Assembly: GCA_018383815.1 (NCBI GenBank)
Contig: JAHAWU010000002.1
Span: forward strand, 2,650 to 66,649
From: Candidatus Jordarchaeia archaeon
Lineage (GTDB): Archaea; Asgardarchaeota; Jordiarchaeia; Jordiarchaeales; Jordiarchaeaceae
Length of the DNA: 64,000 nucleotides
Direction of reading: 5' to 3'
Shown: piece by piece, positions 54,692 to 64,000 of the stretch
Numbering within the stretch: position 1 is the first letter of the stretch
Layout of the letters: each line of letters starts with the position of its first letter
Made by a program: the position numbers and the translations under genes
Notes under the pieces: generated by a model
What the model saw: the letters and a program-made list of their open reading frames with translations, nothing else
The model's database searches: none
Told to the model about the DNA's origin: nothing

Positions 54692-56392
54692 ATGTTTAGA
54701 TTTAAAAAATCGAAACTTCCAGACTATGTTAAAAAGAAGATATGGTTAAAGAGCTACCCTCCAGATTTCCCCAAGAAGATTAAGATTCCCAAGAAGTCTT
54801 TGCCCGAAGTGTTCAGAGAAGCGGCGGAGAAGTATGGCGACGAGGTTAGCCTCATTTTTTATGGTAAGGAGTATACCCGCAAACAGATTATAGATTGGTC
54901 GGATAGGTTGGCTACTGCCCTCCACAATATGGGTGTAAGAAAGGGTGACGTGGTAGCTATTTATCTACCCAATAGTGTGCAGTTTTTGGTGGCATACTAT
55001 GGCACTCTAGCAGCGGGTGCCACGGTTACTGCCATAAGCCCACTTTTCGTGCCGCGTGAGGTCGCCTTCCAACTAAAAGACAGCGGAGCTGAAACCATAA
55101 TCACAATGGATCTCTTTTATGAAAACGTGAAACAGATAAAAGATGAGACCCCTCTAAAAAATATCATTGTGTGCAACATTATGGGAGAGAAGCTTCGAGT
55201 CGAAAAAGAAGACCCGGAAAAAATAATAAATTTCCATGAGCTAATTGAGAAAACCCCACCCAACCCTCCCAAAATAAAGATAAACCCCACAGAAGACGTG
55301 GCGGTGCTCCAGTATACGGGCGGAACAACTGGTCTACCAAAGGGTGCTATGCTTACACACTACAACATTTTAGCCAACGCCTTACAAGTAGTTCCCATCA
55401 CAGAAACCTTAAACAAAAGGTTAGGCATTGATAGAACTATTGCCATCTCAGTGTTACCCTGGTACCACAGTTATGGGCAAACAGTGGAAATTGTGGCAGG
55501 CGCCCTACTCAACAATCTTGGCATATGCTTCTCTCAGTTTGACCCCGCCCCCATTCTTGAGGCAATCCAGAAATATAGGCCCAACACCTTTATTGCGGTT
55601 CCCGCAATTTTGATTTTATTGCTGAATCACCCCAAGTCCCGTGAAGTCGACTTTACCTGTCTAAAGTACTTTAACATGGGCGCCGCACCCACCCCTGTGG
55701 AGCTAGCTAAACAGTGGAAACAGTTGTCAGGTAATCCCCTGAGCGAAGGTTATGGGTTGACTGAAGCCAGCCCAGTGACCCATAGCCGATGCGCCCAGCT
55801 TTTTGGCGAAATCCTGGGCTCAGTCGGCCCCCCCATTTTGAACACTCTGGCGGGAATAGTGGACCCAGACACCAACGAGTTCCTACCCATTGGGCAGCTG
55901 GGTGAGCTGGTGGTCAGCGGGCCTCAAGTAATGAAGGGCTACTGGAAGCGTCCTGAGGAGACAAAGAAGGTGTTCTTCAAGGCCGGTGGCGTAACTTGGT
56001 TGAAAACCGGTGACCTTGCTCGTATGGATGAGAATGGTCACTTCTACATTTTGGATCGCACCAAAGACATAATAAAGTATAAGGGTCACAGTGTCTATCC
56101 GCGGGAACTCGAAGAAGTACTGTTTACCCATGAAGCAATCATGGATGTTGCAGTGATTGGGGTGCCCGATCCTGATGTAGGTGAGCAAATTAAGGCTTAT
56201 GTGGTCTTGAAGCCGGAATATAAGGGCAAAGTCACGGAGGATGACATATTATACTGGTGTAAAGAACACATGGCAGCCTTCAAGTACCCCAGATACGTAC
56301 AGATTGTAGAGTATCTTCCAAAAAGTATGGTGGGTAAAACTCTAAGAAGGGTACTCAGAGAGCAAGAAACCCAAAGAATGGCACAAGCTTAA
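54692..56392 (+). CDS. Acyl-CoA synthetase (AMP-forming), tandem paralog
   Basis: Co-linear with 52738-54474 ('LQYTGGTTGLPKGAMLTH', 'GYGLTEASP', 'WLKTGDLARMDENGHFYILDRTKDIIKYKG'). ATG 8 nt after a GGGTGGA SD. Confidence 0.9.
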   Translation: MFRFKKSKLPDYVKKKIWLKSYPPDFPKKIKIPKKSLPEVFREAAEKYGDEVSLIFYGKEYTRKQIIDWSDRLATALHNMGVRKGDVVAIYLPNSVQFLVAYYGTLAAGATVTAISPLFVPREVAFQLKDSGAETIITMDLFYENVKQIKDETPLKNIIVCNIMGEKLRVEKEDPEKIINFHELIEKTPPNPPKIKINPTEDVAVLQYTGGTTGLPKGAMLTHYNILANALQVVPITETLNKRLGIDRTIAISVLPWYHSYGQTVEIVAGALLNNLGICFSQFDPAPILEAIQKYRPNTFIAVPAILILLLNHPKSREVDFTCLKYFNMGAAPTPVELAKQWKQLSGNPLSEGYGLTEASPVTHSRCAQLFGEILGSVGPPILNTLAGIVDPDTNEFLPIGQLGELVVSGPQVMKGYWKRPEETKKVFFKAGGVTWLKTGDLARMDENGHFYILDRTKDIIKYKGHSVYPRELEEVLFTHEAIMDVAVIGVPDPDVGEQIKAYVVLKPEYKGKVTEDDILYWCKEHMAAFKYPRYVQIVEYLPKSMVGKTLRRVLREQETQRMAQA

Positions 56393-56586
56393 AGTTCATT
56401 TAGTTCTCCATCTTTTTATTAATTGTAAAAAGTAGTGAAACCATTTTAGGAGTTCAAAGCCATAATTCTAGTATATTTAGTCTTGTGACCGCACTGGTTT
56501 TCAAAGTGGCGTTCTGTTCGGGGTTTACGGCAATTCTTTAATTTAAGGCTGAAAGGAGCAAAGGTGGAGTTTATTCTTTCCCAATT

Positions 56587-56636
56587 AGAATTGGAATCGG
56601 TGCCTGATTGGAGAATTGGAATCGGTGCCTGATTGG
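56587..56636. repeat. Perfect 25-bp tandem duplication in an intergenic region
   Basis: 'AGAATTGGAATCGGTGCCTGATTGG' occurs at 56587-56611 and again at 56612-56636. Confidence 0.9.
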
Positions 56637-56989
56637 GTGCTTCGCCTTAGTGATGTTCGTTGTGGGGCTCTGACCGTTGGTACTAACTTTTTACAATTAA
56701 GTCGACTTCTTTCCAGGCTCTTCTGTATGAATATGCTTGTCTTATTTGAATATTGTTCTTGCTCACCCTTCTAAGAGGTGTGTAATCCTCATCTGTTGGG
56801 TCACCTAGAGCTCTTCTAAGCCTGCTGGGTGCAAGAATGCATGGAGGGATTTTACATGTATCACAGAATATATATTTGGAAACCAGATAGAATAATGTGT
56901 GTGACTAGTTGGCTAGCCTAAAAAATACATTTAAGAAAACTAAATTACCAATCTAAAAGTTTGTTTCCTACATTTAGGTGGTGTGTTTT

Positions 56990-57790
56990 ATGCCCAAGTT
57001 TGAAACTGTGTTGTATGAGAAAAGGGGTGGTGTGGCTGTTATCACACTTAACCGTCCTGAGAAGTTGAATGCTTTGAACTCTCAGATGAATAGGGATTTG
57101 AAGTATGCCCTTAAAGAGGCTAGGGATGATCCTGAGGTTCGGGTGATTGTGCTCACCGGGGCTGGTAGAGGTTTCTGTTCTGGAGCGGATATTTCAGACT
57201 TCGCCGGTGGGGTTACCCTTGAAGATTTTAGGAGGATGACTGAGCAGGGTGTAGTGCCTGAAACCATCATTACCCCCTATGATTTGATTGATGTGCCTAA
57301 ACCCATTATAGCGGCGGTTAACGGTGTGGCTGTGGGTTTCGGTATGAATGTTCTTCTAAACTGTGATATCATTATAGCTTCTGAGGCGGCTAGTTTTGGA
57401 GAATTCTTCATAAGGATGGGGTTAATTCCAGATATGAATGGAAGCTTACTGCTTCCCATGCTGGTGGGGATTCACAAGGCTAAGGAGCTTATTTTCACTG
57501 GTGATAGAATAAGCGCTCATGAAGCCTTGCGAATAGGACTGGTGAACCGGGTGGTACCCCCTGATGAATTGATGCCTACTGCAATGGAGCTGGCAAACAG
57601 GCTAGCTGAGGGGCCTCCACTGGCCCTGGCAATGTCTAAGAAGCTTATCCATGAGGGTTTCAGAAAAATTTTCGACGAAATGATTGTGAAGGAAGTCCAA
57701 TATCAAGCCAAGCTCTACGCCTCAGAGGATCACAGGGAGGCTGCTCTGGCTTTCCTTGAAAAGAGGAAACCTGTTTTTAGAGGTAAATGA
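56990..57790 (+). CDS. Enoyl-CoA hydratase/isomerase (crotonase) family protein
   Basis: 'VAVITLNRPEKLNAL', 'LTGAGRGFCSGADI', 'AAVNGVAVGFGMN'. ATG preceded by an AGGTGGTG SD. Confidence 0.9.
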   Translation: MPKFETVLYEKRGGVAVITLNRPEKLNALNSQMNRDLKYALKEARDDPEVRVIVLTGAGRGFCSGADISDFAGGVTLEDFRRMTEQGVVPETIITPYDLIDVPKPIIAAVNGVAVGFGMNVLLNCDIIIASEAASFGEFFIRMGLIPDMNGSLLLPMLVGIHKAKELIFTGDRISAHEALRIGLVNRVVPPDELMPTAMELANRLAEGPPLALAMSKKLIHEGFRKIFDEMIVKEVQYQAKLYASEDHREAALAFLEKRKPVFRGK

Positions 57791-57840
57791 TTTTCTGATT
57801 CTAACCCTTTTTTTATTTATAGCTATTTTTCTCGTTTGTT

Positions 57841-58608
57841 TTAAGTTTGGTTTTTTATGCCTAGAAACTTGTAGAGGGTTTTTTTGAGTTCGGGGAATCC
57901 TTTGGCCACGGCTTTGGCTCCGTATTTGTTTCCGTTGGGGTTTCCTTGCCAGTCTATCCATATGGCGTCTATTCCGGCGGCCTTGGCTCCTTTTATGTCT
58001 GTTTCTTGGTTGTCTCCCACGTGGACTGCATGTTCCCTTTTGATATTTAGTCTTTTCAGGACTTCTAGGAAGGGTTGGGGGCTGGGTTTGGCTTCGGGAT
58101 TTGTTTCTCCCGCAACTACTAGGATGTCAAAGTAGTCTGCGAGGCCGGAGGCTTTGAACCTTTTTTCCTTCCATCCCGGGGCGAAGTCTGTGTCGCTGAG
58201 TAGGCCCAGCTTGTATCCTTTTTGTTTAAGTTCTCTTAGGAGCTCCTGTGCCCCTTCATAGATTGTGGTGGTGTCTTTTAGTGTTTCCCAATAAATGTTG
58301 GTTAGTTTGGTTATGAAGTCCTGGGGAATGTCAGTTACATTGTACTCTTTTAGGATTTGTTTCCACCATTCGTCTCTGCTCCGTGACAGCCTTTTTTCCC
58401 TCTCCTCCTCGGTTTTTATCACCTTTTTCAGTATGGTTTCATAATCTGCGTCTATTCCTCTACTTTTTAGGAACTCGGTTATGAGTTCCGCCACTTTCCT
58501 GTGGGAATGTATACGGTTGCTAAAGGAGTCTACAAGAGTACCGTCAAAGTCAAATATTACAAGTTTTTTCAATTCATAATCCCCTTCATCTTTTAGCCTT
58601 AAAATCAT
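57841..58608 (-). CDS. HAD-superfamily hydrolase
   Basis: Motif I 'VIFDFDGTLVDS', motif II 'LGLLSDT', motif III/IV 'HVGDNQETDIKGAKAAG'. Confidence 0.8.
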   Translation of the reverse strand: MILRLKDEGDYELKKLVIFDFDGTLVDSFSNRIHSHRKVAELITEFLKSRGIDADYETILKKVIKTEEEREKRLSRSRDEWWKQILKEYNVTDIPQDFITKLTNIYWETLKDTTTIYEGAQELLRELKQKGYKLGLLSDTDFAPGWKEKRFKASGLADYFDILVVAGETNPEAKPSPQPFLEVLKRLNIKREHAVHVGDNQETDIKGAKAAGIDAIWIDWQGNPNGNKYGAKAVAKGFPELKKTLYKFLGIKNQT

Positions 58609-58870
58609 TAATATGCTTTATCAAATGGGAATCGTAACCATTTAAACCTTGCGAGGAGACAAACACCAAAATAATATAAAAAAACGCACTTTCCAATTGA
58701 GGCGCGACTAAATGAAAAGAATCCAAATGTTGAAAAAAAAGAGAAGCAGAAAAATAGGTTTTGCACACCCAAAAAGGATGATGTGGCATTCACTAATTGG
58801 GATGGAATTCAACCATAATACTGTCAGCAGCAGGACACAAGTATCCTTTGGCGCATAGAATATTTTGGAT

Positions 58871-60040
58871 TTACCTGTATTTTCCGTATTTTAGGGCGGC
58901 GTCAAACATGGCCACTATGTTCTGTGGAGGCACATCTCCTTGGAGGTTATGTGAGGGAGCCAATATGTATCCCCCATCCTTTCCCAGTATTTCAATAACT
59001 CTCTTAACTTCGGCCTCAACTTCTTGGGGTGTGCCATTGGGCAAGAGTTTTTGGGCGTCTATTCCTCCACAAAAAGTTATGCGGTTTCCATAGGTTCTTT
59101 TGAGTGCTTCCGCGTCCATTCCTTTAGCGAGGGGCTGTATGGGATTTAGGACTTCCACTCCTATATCAATGAAGTGTTCTATAAGGGGGAATACTGACCC
59201 GCAGCTGTGGAAGTATATTCTGGCATCTGTTACCGACTTAACCCTCTCTATCAACCCTTTATGGTAGGGTTTCATGTATATTTTGTATTCTTCCGGTGAA
59301 ACAAAGGGTGCCTGTTGGGTACCCATGTCGTCTCCTAACAGGGCTAAATCGATGTAGTCTCCACACTCGGAGAAGAAGGCTTCAACTATGGAGCCGTGGA
59401 TGTCCAAGATGGTGCTGGCAAGGTATCGAAAGATTTCAGGATTCTTCTTCATGTCAATAAACATCTGTGAGAAGCCCCGCAGATAGGAGTAGTGGTGAAA
59501 AATGTTTTCAGCCATTGTGGGAACCCCCACTATTGCCCTGCTGGTTTTCCTTCTCAACTCCTTAACTTCGCTCCTCACATTCTCGAGGATCACGGGGTCT
59601 TCAGGGTCGGGGGTCTCAAGACTGTCAATATCTTTAAAAGTAATCTTAGGCTTTCTTAACGGGCCATCAAATATCTCCCAGTAGTAGCCCACCATTTTTG
59701 CCTTTATTCCCCACGCAATGATGACAGTGCCATCACTCAGCATTTTATCCTGACCCCGGGGAGCCCTCATAATGTATGATACGAAGTCCACACCAAAACG
59801 GTCCAAGAGCCGGTCATCAAACAATGTCACGCAGTTTGTGGGCAGCATCTGAGGTTGAGACAAATTCTTAAAGCCCAGATAGTTAACCAGAGCACTGTAA
59901 CCATATTTGGGACTTATGGGCCAATAAAAAGGCTTCTCATAAATAGTATTATTAACCCCTCCAAATTCTATGGGCACCCGATCCGGCTCCTCATGGTTCA
60001 GAGCCATCTCGACGCGTTCTCTATGCGATAATTCACCCAT
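58871..60040 (-). CDS. Uroporphyrinogen decarboxylase (URO-D) family protein, possibly methyltransferase/decarboxylase-like
   Basis: 'EEPDRVPIEFGG', 'LLGDDMGTQQAPFVSPEEY', 'YFHSCGSVFPLIEHFIDIGVEVLNPIQP', 'GGYILAPSHNLQGDVPPQNIVAM'. Confidence 0.85.
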   Translation of the reverse strand: MGELSHRERVEMALNHEEPDRVPIEFGGVNNTIYEKPFYWPISPKYGYSALVNYLGFKNLSQPQMLPTNCVTLFDDRLLDRFGVDFVSYIMRAPRGQDKMLSDGTVIIAWGIKAKMVGYYWEIFDGPLRKPKITFKDIDSLETPDPEDPVILENVRSEVKELRRKTSRAIVGVPTMAENIFHHYSYLRGFSQMFIDMKKNPEIFRYLASTILDIHGSIVEAFFSECGDYIDLALLGDDMGTQQAPFVSPEEYKIYMKPYHKGLIERVKSVTDARIYFHSCGSVFPLIEHFIDIGVEVLNPIQPLAKGMDAEALKRTYGNRITFCGGIDAQKLLPNGTPQEVEAEVKRVIEILGKDGGYILAPSHNLQGDVPPQNIVAMFDAALKYGKYR

Positions 60041-60264
60041 ATTTTAACTACCACTCCCTAACCATCCAGTAACCTTAATAGTAGCATAATGCCTATGTTA
60101 GATATTGTCTTGAAAATACTGTTCATAATGGTAAAAAAACTTTTGGTAAACGCCTCCAAATTTTTTGCTTGCCTACGATTTTCGGGTTAAGTTAAATTTT
60201 AATAATATGCTCATCACTATAATTTTTTAGTTTTTTGTGAGTGTTGGATGCTGGGTGTGGCACA

Positions 60265-62106
60265 ATGTCTATGAAGGATGGTAAAATTCTCCGGGTAAAT
60301 CTCACTACTAAGGACATAGCCACAGAGAAAATTGATTCGGGTGTGGCTAGGAGTTTGTTGGGTTCCAAGGGTTTAGCAGCCTACTACTTGTTTAGAGAGC
60401 TGAGACGGGGAGTTGACCCATTGAGCCCAGAGAATAAGCTTATCTTTATGACTGGCCCCCTAACGGGCACTAAGGCTCCCTCGTCCTGCCGCTTTGTGGT
60501 TTGCACTAAATCTCCATTGACTGGTGCTTGGGTGGATAGCAGTTGCGGTGGGTTCTGGGGGCCGGAGCTCAGATTTGCGGGCTTTGATGGTATCATAATT
60601 GAGGGGAAGGCGGAGAGACCAGTATATATTCATATAAGTGATGGTGAAGCTTCCATAAGGGATGCAGGTTTTCTGTGGGGAATGGGTACAATAGACACCA
60701 TAAGCTACCTTAGGGAGAGACATAGGTCGGATAGAACTGTTAGGGTAGCTACCATTGGGCCCGCTGGTGAGAAGCAGGCTAGGCTGGCGGCAGTTATTGC
60801 AGATATGAGGGCCGCTGGTAGAGGGGGAACTGGGGCGGTTATGGGTTCCAAGAATCTTAAGGCCATATCAGTTGTGGGTCATGGAAAGGTTCCCATTGCC
60901 GACCCCCAAAAATTTAACAGTTTAGCAAAAGAGGCACATAAGGACAATAAGGAAGCCAGTGCAAGAATGGCCGCTATGGGAACCGCTTCAATTGTGAGGC
61001 TGGTGAACTCTACTGGGGGCTGGCCCACCAGAAATTTTAGTGAAAGCCAGTGGGATGAGGCGGCTGAGGAACTAGCCGGAGAAACTTTCCAGAAAACCTT
61101 ATGGGGCGGAGGAAAATACGTGAAGCCCTGCTACAACTGCCCCATAAGATGCGCCCACTTGGCAGTTATAAGAGAGGGAAAATACGCGGGCATTTCTGAT
61201 GAGGGACCAGAGTATGAAACCATTTCCTTATTTGGACCTAACTGTGGAATAAAGAGCAGAGAAGTAATCACGGTCGCAGACAGGATGTGCGACAATTACG
61301 GCATTGACACCATATCTTTGGGAAACACTATTGGTTTCGTGATGGAGTGTGTGGAAAGGGGACTGGTTAGGTTAGAGGAGATTGATGGGGTGGATTTGAG
61401 GTTTGGAAACGAGGAGGCATTCCTCAAAGCGGTAAACATGGCGGGCAACGTTTACGGTAATCTTGGGAGACTCCTCGCCAACGGAGTTAAGCGGGCCGCG
61501 GAAAAAATCGGTAAGGGTTCGGAGAAATTTGCTATGCATGTTAAGGGATTGGAAATTCCGGCTTATGTTCCAAGAGCCGGGCATGGTCACGCCTTAGCCT
61601 ACGCGGTTGCGGATCGTGGAGCCTGTCATCTTAGGCCCTGGCTTTATGGTGCGGAGCACTTTTTCGGCAAGCTGGATCCCAGTACTACTGAGGATAAGCC
61701 GGAAGCGGTGAAGCTGGGACAGCAGAACCGAGCTCTAATCCACAGCAGTGGACTCTGCCAGTTCGCAGTTAGTGAAGATATGCTTTACGACTCTCTGCTT
61801 CAGATGATAAACGCTGCCACCGGTTTTAACTATACTGTGGATGAGTTTCGATTGGTAGGTGAGAGAATAAACAATCTTACCAGAAGTTTTAATTGTCGGG
61901 AAGGATTCACAAGTAAGGATGACACGCTTCCTGAAAGATCCTTAAAAGAGCCCCTGCCCAGTGGGCCTTGGAAGGGACAGGTAATAAGGCTTCAGGAGAT
62001 GCTTCCCAAATACTATGAAGTTTGCGGATGGAATGAAAAGGGTATTCCGAAGAAGGAAAAGTTGGAGGAGCTAGGTTTAGAATTCGTTGCGAATGAAATC
62101 GGCTAG
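60265..62106 (+). CDS. Aldehyde:ferredoxin oxidoreductase (AOR family, tungstopterin enzyme)
   Basis: 'GKILRVNLTT...LLGSKGLAAYYL...DPLSPENKLIFMTGPLTGT.APSSCRFVVCTKSPLTG' is the AOR N-terminal signature. The [4Fe-4S] region 'CYNCPIRC' is present. Confidence 0.9.
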   Translation: MSMKDGKILRVNLTTKDIATEKIDSGVARSLLGSKGLAAYYLFRELRRGVDPLSPENKLIFMTGPLTGTKAPSSCRFVVCTKSPLTGAWVDSSCGGFWGPELRFAGFDGIIIEGKAERPVYIHISDGEASIRDAGFLWGMGTIDTISYLRERHRSDRTVRVATIGPAGEKQARLAAVIADMRAAGRGGTGAVMGSKNLKAISVVGHGKVPIADPQKFNSLAKEAHKDNKEASARMAAMGTASIVRLVNSTGGWPTRNFSESQWDEAAEELAGETFQKTLWGGGKYVKPCYNCPIRCAHLAVIREGKYAGISDEGPEYETISLFGPNCGIKSREVITVADRMCDNYGIDTISLGNTIGFVMECVERGLVRLEEIDGVDLRFGNEEAFLKAVNMAGNVYGNLGRLLANGVKRAAEKIGKGSEKFAMHVKGLEIPAYVPRAGHGHALAYAVADRGACHLRPWLYGAEHFFGKLDPSTTEDKPEAVKLGQQNRALIHSSGLCQFAVSEDMLYDSLLQMINAATGFNYTVDEFRLVGERINNLTRSFNCREGFTSKDDTLPERSLKEPLPSGPWKGQVIRLQEMLPKYYEVCGWNEKGIPKKEKLEELGLEFVANEIG

Positions 62107-62167
62107 CTCAGGTTCAAACTTTTAGGGTTGATAAAATTCAGTATTTAAAAAAAATTGGGTGCGGGGG

Positions 62168-62896
62168 CTACCCGTATTTTTCTTTTACCCATGAGTAGAT
62201 TACTTCTAATTGTTTTTTGAGGCGTTGTTTTTGTTCAGGTGTCTTTCTAGATTTTGGTTTTTCAGAGGGAACCGCATATAGATCTAGTACAGAGCCCTGC
62301 GGTTTGTCTATGAACTTGATGGTTACAGGTGTGTCGCACTCGATGTCTTCTAGTGCGTAGCCCGCTTCTTCCATAGCTACTCGGAGTGCTATCAGAGTGT
62401 TGCAACCATCAATTCTTACGTATCCCAGCACGAATGGTAGCTGTGGTAGAAACGCCTCTGCGGCAAATCCGAGGATTGTGTAGCTGTGCAGGATGCCTTG
62501 GGGCTTTAACTCAATCCATTTTGTTTCTTCCAAGCTGCATTCTGGCCTCCAGCAGTGTGCTCTTGGTGGCAGGAATTTGTCTCCACACCTTGGGCATTGG
62601 GTGCCGTAGATTTTTTTCTCTAGTAAACCCTCAAAAAACTTTGATACTCTTCCGTAACTGTGATTGTACAATACGTCGTATGGCCTGTATACTCTCATGT
62701 ATCTTCTGGTTTCGAGCTTATCGATTCGTGGCCCCTCACTCGCTTCTATTATTCTGTATCCTGCTATCGACATTCTTCCCAAACTTCCCCAATCCTTAAA
62801 CTTGGAGTCTAATGGTTTCTCTTTGATAACCTTAACATTGTGACCTTGTTCGCCTATTTTTGGCCATTTAAAATTCTTTTCTTTTTTACTCATCAT
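62168..62896 (-). CDS. DUF35 family Zn-ribbon/OB-fold protein (long form), thiolase partner
   Basis: 'CPRCGDKFLPPRAHCWRPEC' Zn ribbon plus an OB-fold. It lies 4 nt downstream of a thiolase-like gene. Confidence 0.8.
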   Translation of the reverse strand: MMSKKEKNFKWPKIGEQGHNVKVIKEKPLDSKFKDWGSLGRMSIAGYRIIEASEGPRIDKLETRRYMRVYRPYDVLYNHSYGRVSKFFEGLLEKKIYGTQCPRCGDKFLPPRAHCWRPECSLEETKWIELKPQGILHSYTILGFAAEAFLPQLPFVLGYVRIDGCNTLIALRVAMEEAGYALEDIECDTPVTIKFIDKPQGSVLDLYAVPSEKPKSRKTPEQKQRLKKQLEVIYSWVKEKYG

Positions 62897-62899
62897 TTT

Positions 62900-64000
62900 T
62901 CACCTCATAAGTATTGCTACAGCTATGGCGGTTCCTGTTCCTGCATGGCTATGCAGCAATGCGGTTTCCGCGCCGTCCACCTGGGTTTTGCTGCTGAAAT
63001 GTTTTTCAGGGATCATCTGTTTCAACTGCCATAGTAACTCCACACACTGCCCTATGGCTGTGGAGCCCACCGGATGCCCCATACCTTCTAGTCCCCCACT
63101 AGGGTTTACTGCAACTTCACTGTCAACGTATACCTGGCCCTCACGGATTAGATTTTTTCCTTCTCCCACATTGCAAAGCATTAAATCCTCATAGGTTTGT
63201 AGCTCACTTGAATCGTAGGCATCGTGAATTTCGATTACATCTATTTCTTTAAGTGGGTCTACTATTCCCGCCATTTTATAGGCTGTTTTTGCAGCTACCC
63301 TACAAGCTCCGAAATTTGAAATCTCAGGGTAAGGCTCTCTAGGTCTTATGGCATAATCGGGATAGAGTTTCTTGGAATCTCTATTTATGGCAGCCCAAGT
63401 AGGACTATCAGGCCTGTCACCCGGCCTCATGAAGTCAGTACCTAAACCTATTCCGGCAATCCAAACAGGTTCATCGGTGTAATTTCTAGCAACATCCTCA
63501 GAAGCTAAAACTATACAGGAAGCTCCCTCGGTTAAAAGGCAACAATCCATGGTTTTCAGCGGCCAGGCTAAAAGTCTGGAGTTTAACACATCGTCAACAG
63601 TAATTTCTTTTCCTCCATTTTCCTGTGGCCATTGAGCGTAGGGATTATCTAACGCGTAATTTTTATTCTTCACGGCTATGAGAGCAAAATCCTCCTCAGT
63701 GTCTCCATAAAGGTACATGTGCCTAGCCGCCATAGCCGCATAGTACCCGGTGTAGTATCCACCAGCGGGAAACTCAAAATCAGTGTCTGAGGCTAGGGCT
63801 ATGAATTCATTCGCCTTAGCTGTACCAACTTCACCCTGCTTTTCCACTCCAGTAACCAGACAAACTTCAGAAAGCCCAGAAGCAACCAGCGCAAAACCTG
63901 CTCGTATCGCCGCTAACGGTCCAGCTCCCCCATCTTCAACCCTGAAGACCGGTTTTGGCGTTAAACCCAGATAGTCATTTATTATCCAAGCCATGGCTAA
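62900..64000 (-). CDS. Thiolase-like (SCP-x-type) protein; N-terminus lies beyond the window end
   Basis: The frame is open to base 64000. 'CLVTGVEKQGE', 'NPSGGLEGMGHPVGSTA', 'HSHAGTG'. It is missing the N-terminal ~50-60 aa expected for thiolases. Confidence 0.8.
   Translation of the reverse strand, partial: LAMAWIINDYLGLTPKPVFRVEDGGAGPLAAIRAGFALVASGLSEVCLVTGVEKQGEVGTAKANEFIALASDTDFEFPAGGYYTGYYAAMAARHMYLYGDTEEDFALIAVKNKNYALDNPYAQWPQENGGKEITVDDVLNSRLLAWPLKTMDCCLLTEGASCIVLASEDVARNYTDEPVWIAGIGLGTDFMRPGDRPDSPTWAAINRDSKKLYPDYAIRPREPYPEISNFGACRVAAKTAYKMAGIVDPLKEIDVIEIHDAYDSSELQTYEDLMLCNVGEGKNLIREGQVYVDSEVAVNPSGGLEGMGHPVGSTAIGQCVELLWQLKQMIPEKHFSSKTQVDGAETALLHSHAGTGTAIAVAILMR

Overview
This window looks archaeal. 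It has an ATP-dependent DNA ligase, a TrmB-type regulator, a NurA/HerA-like pair, DUF35-thiolase pairs, a tungsten-type aldehyde:ferredoxin oxidoreductase and many GGAGGTG-like Shine-Dalgarno sites. All functional calls come from motif recognition in the supplied translations and my own manual translation; no database search was possible.

There are three blocks:
- 1-14.7 kb is an acyl-CoA and aromatic-acid metabolism neighbourhood. It holds a 3-hydroxyacyl-CoA dehydrogenase/enoyl-CoA hydratase fusion, a family III CoA-transferase, two PaaK-like ligase paralogs, a nitroreductase, an SCP2 protein and a DUF35+thiolase pair.
- 14.7-32.8 kb (plus 35.9-37.4 kb) is an accessory island rich in toxin-antitoxin and defence-type genes. 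It holds three HEPN/nucleotidyltransferase pairs (one at 4.8-5.7 kb, outside the island), a VapBC pair, decayed UPF0175/PIN-like modules, a large NurA-like nuclease with a HerA-like ATPase, an Arch_ATPase/DUF234 protein and an AbiE-like pair. A pstSCA cassette without pstB sits inside it.
- 33-64 kb is mostly housekeeping and catabolic. It holds a PIG-L deacetylase, an MFS transporter, a cupin/FGGY-kinase/2xSDR/cyclase/TIM-barrel operon, an M28 peptidase, DNA ligase, a 5'-nucleotidase, a BKACE enzyme, two TPR paralogs, two tandem acyl-CoA synthetases, a crotonase, a HAD hydrolase, a UroD-family protein, AOR and a second DUF35+thiolase pair.

The most interesting observations:
1. An ORF absent from the supplied track (48901-49359, minus) encodes an intact redoxin/AhpC-TSA-type protein. 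Its only defect is an in-frame TGA exactly at the first Cys position of the CxxC motif, and a perfect 10-bp-stem hairpin lies 16 nt into the 3' UTR. This is either a candidate selenoprotein or a very recent pseudogene.
2. A translationally coupled NurA-like (with a wHTH insert) and HerA-like pair has no mre11/rad50 and sits in a TA island. It is a candidate nuclease-ATPase defence module.
3. An SDR gene can only encode its NAD-binding motif if it starts at ATT, which lies 7 nt downstream of a perfect SD.
4. Several TA modules are caught in different stages of decay.

No rRNA, tRNA or CRISPR array was recognised.
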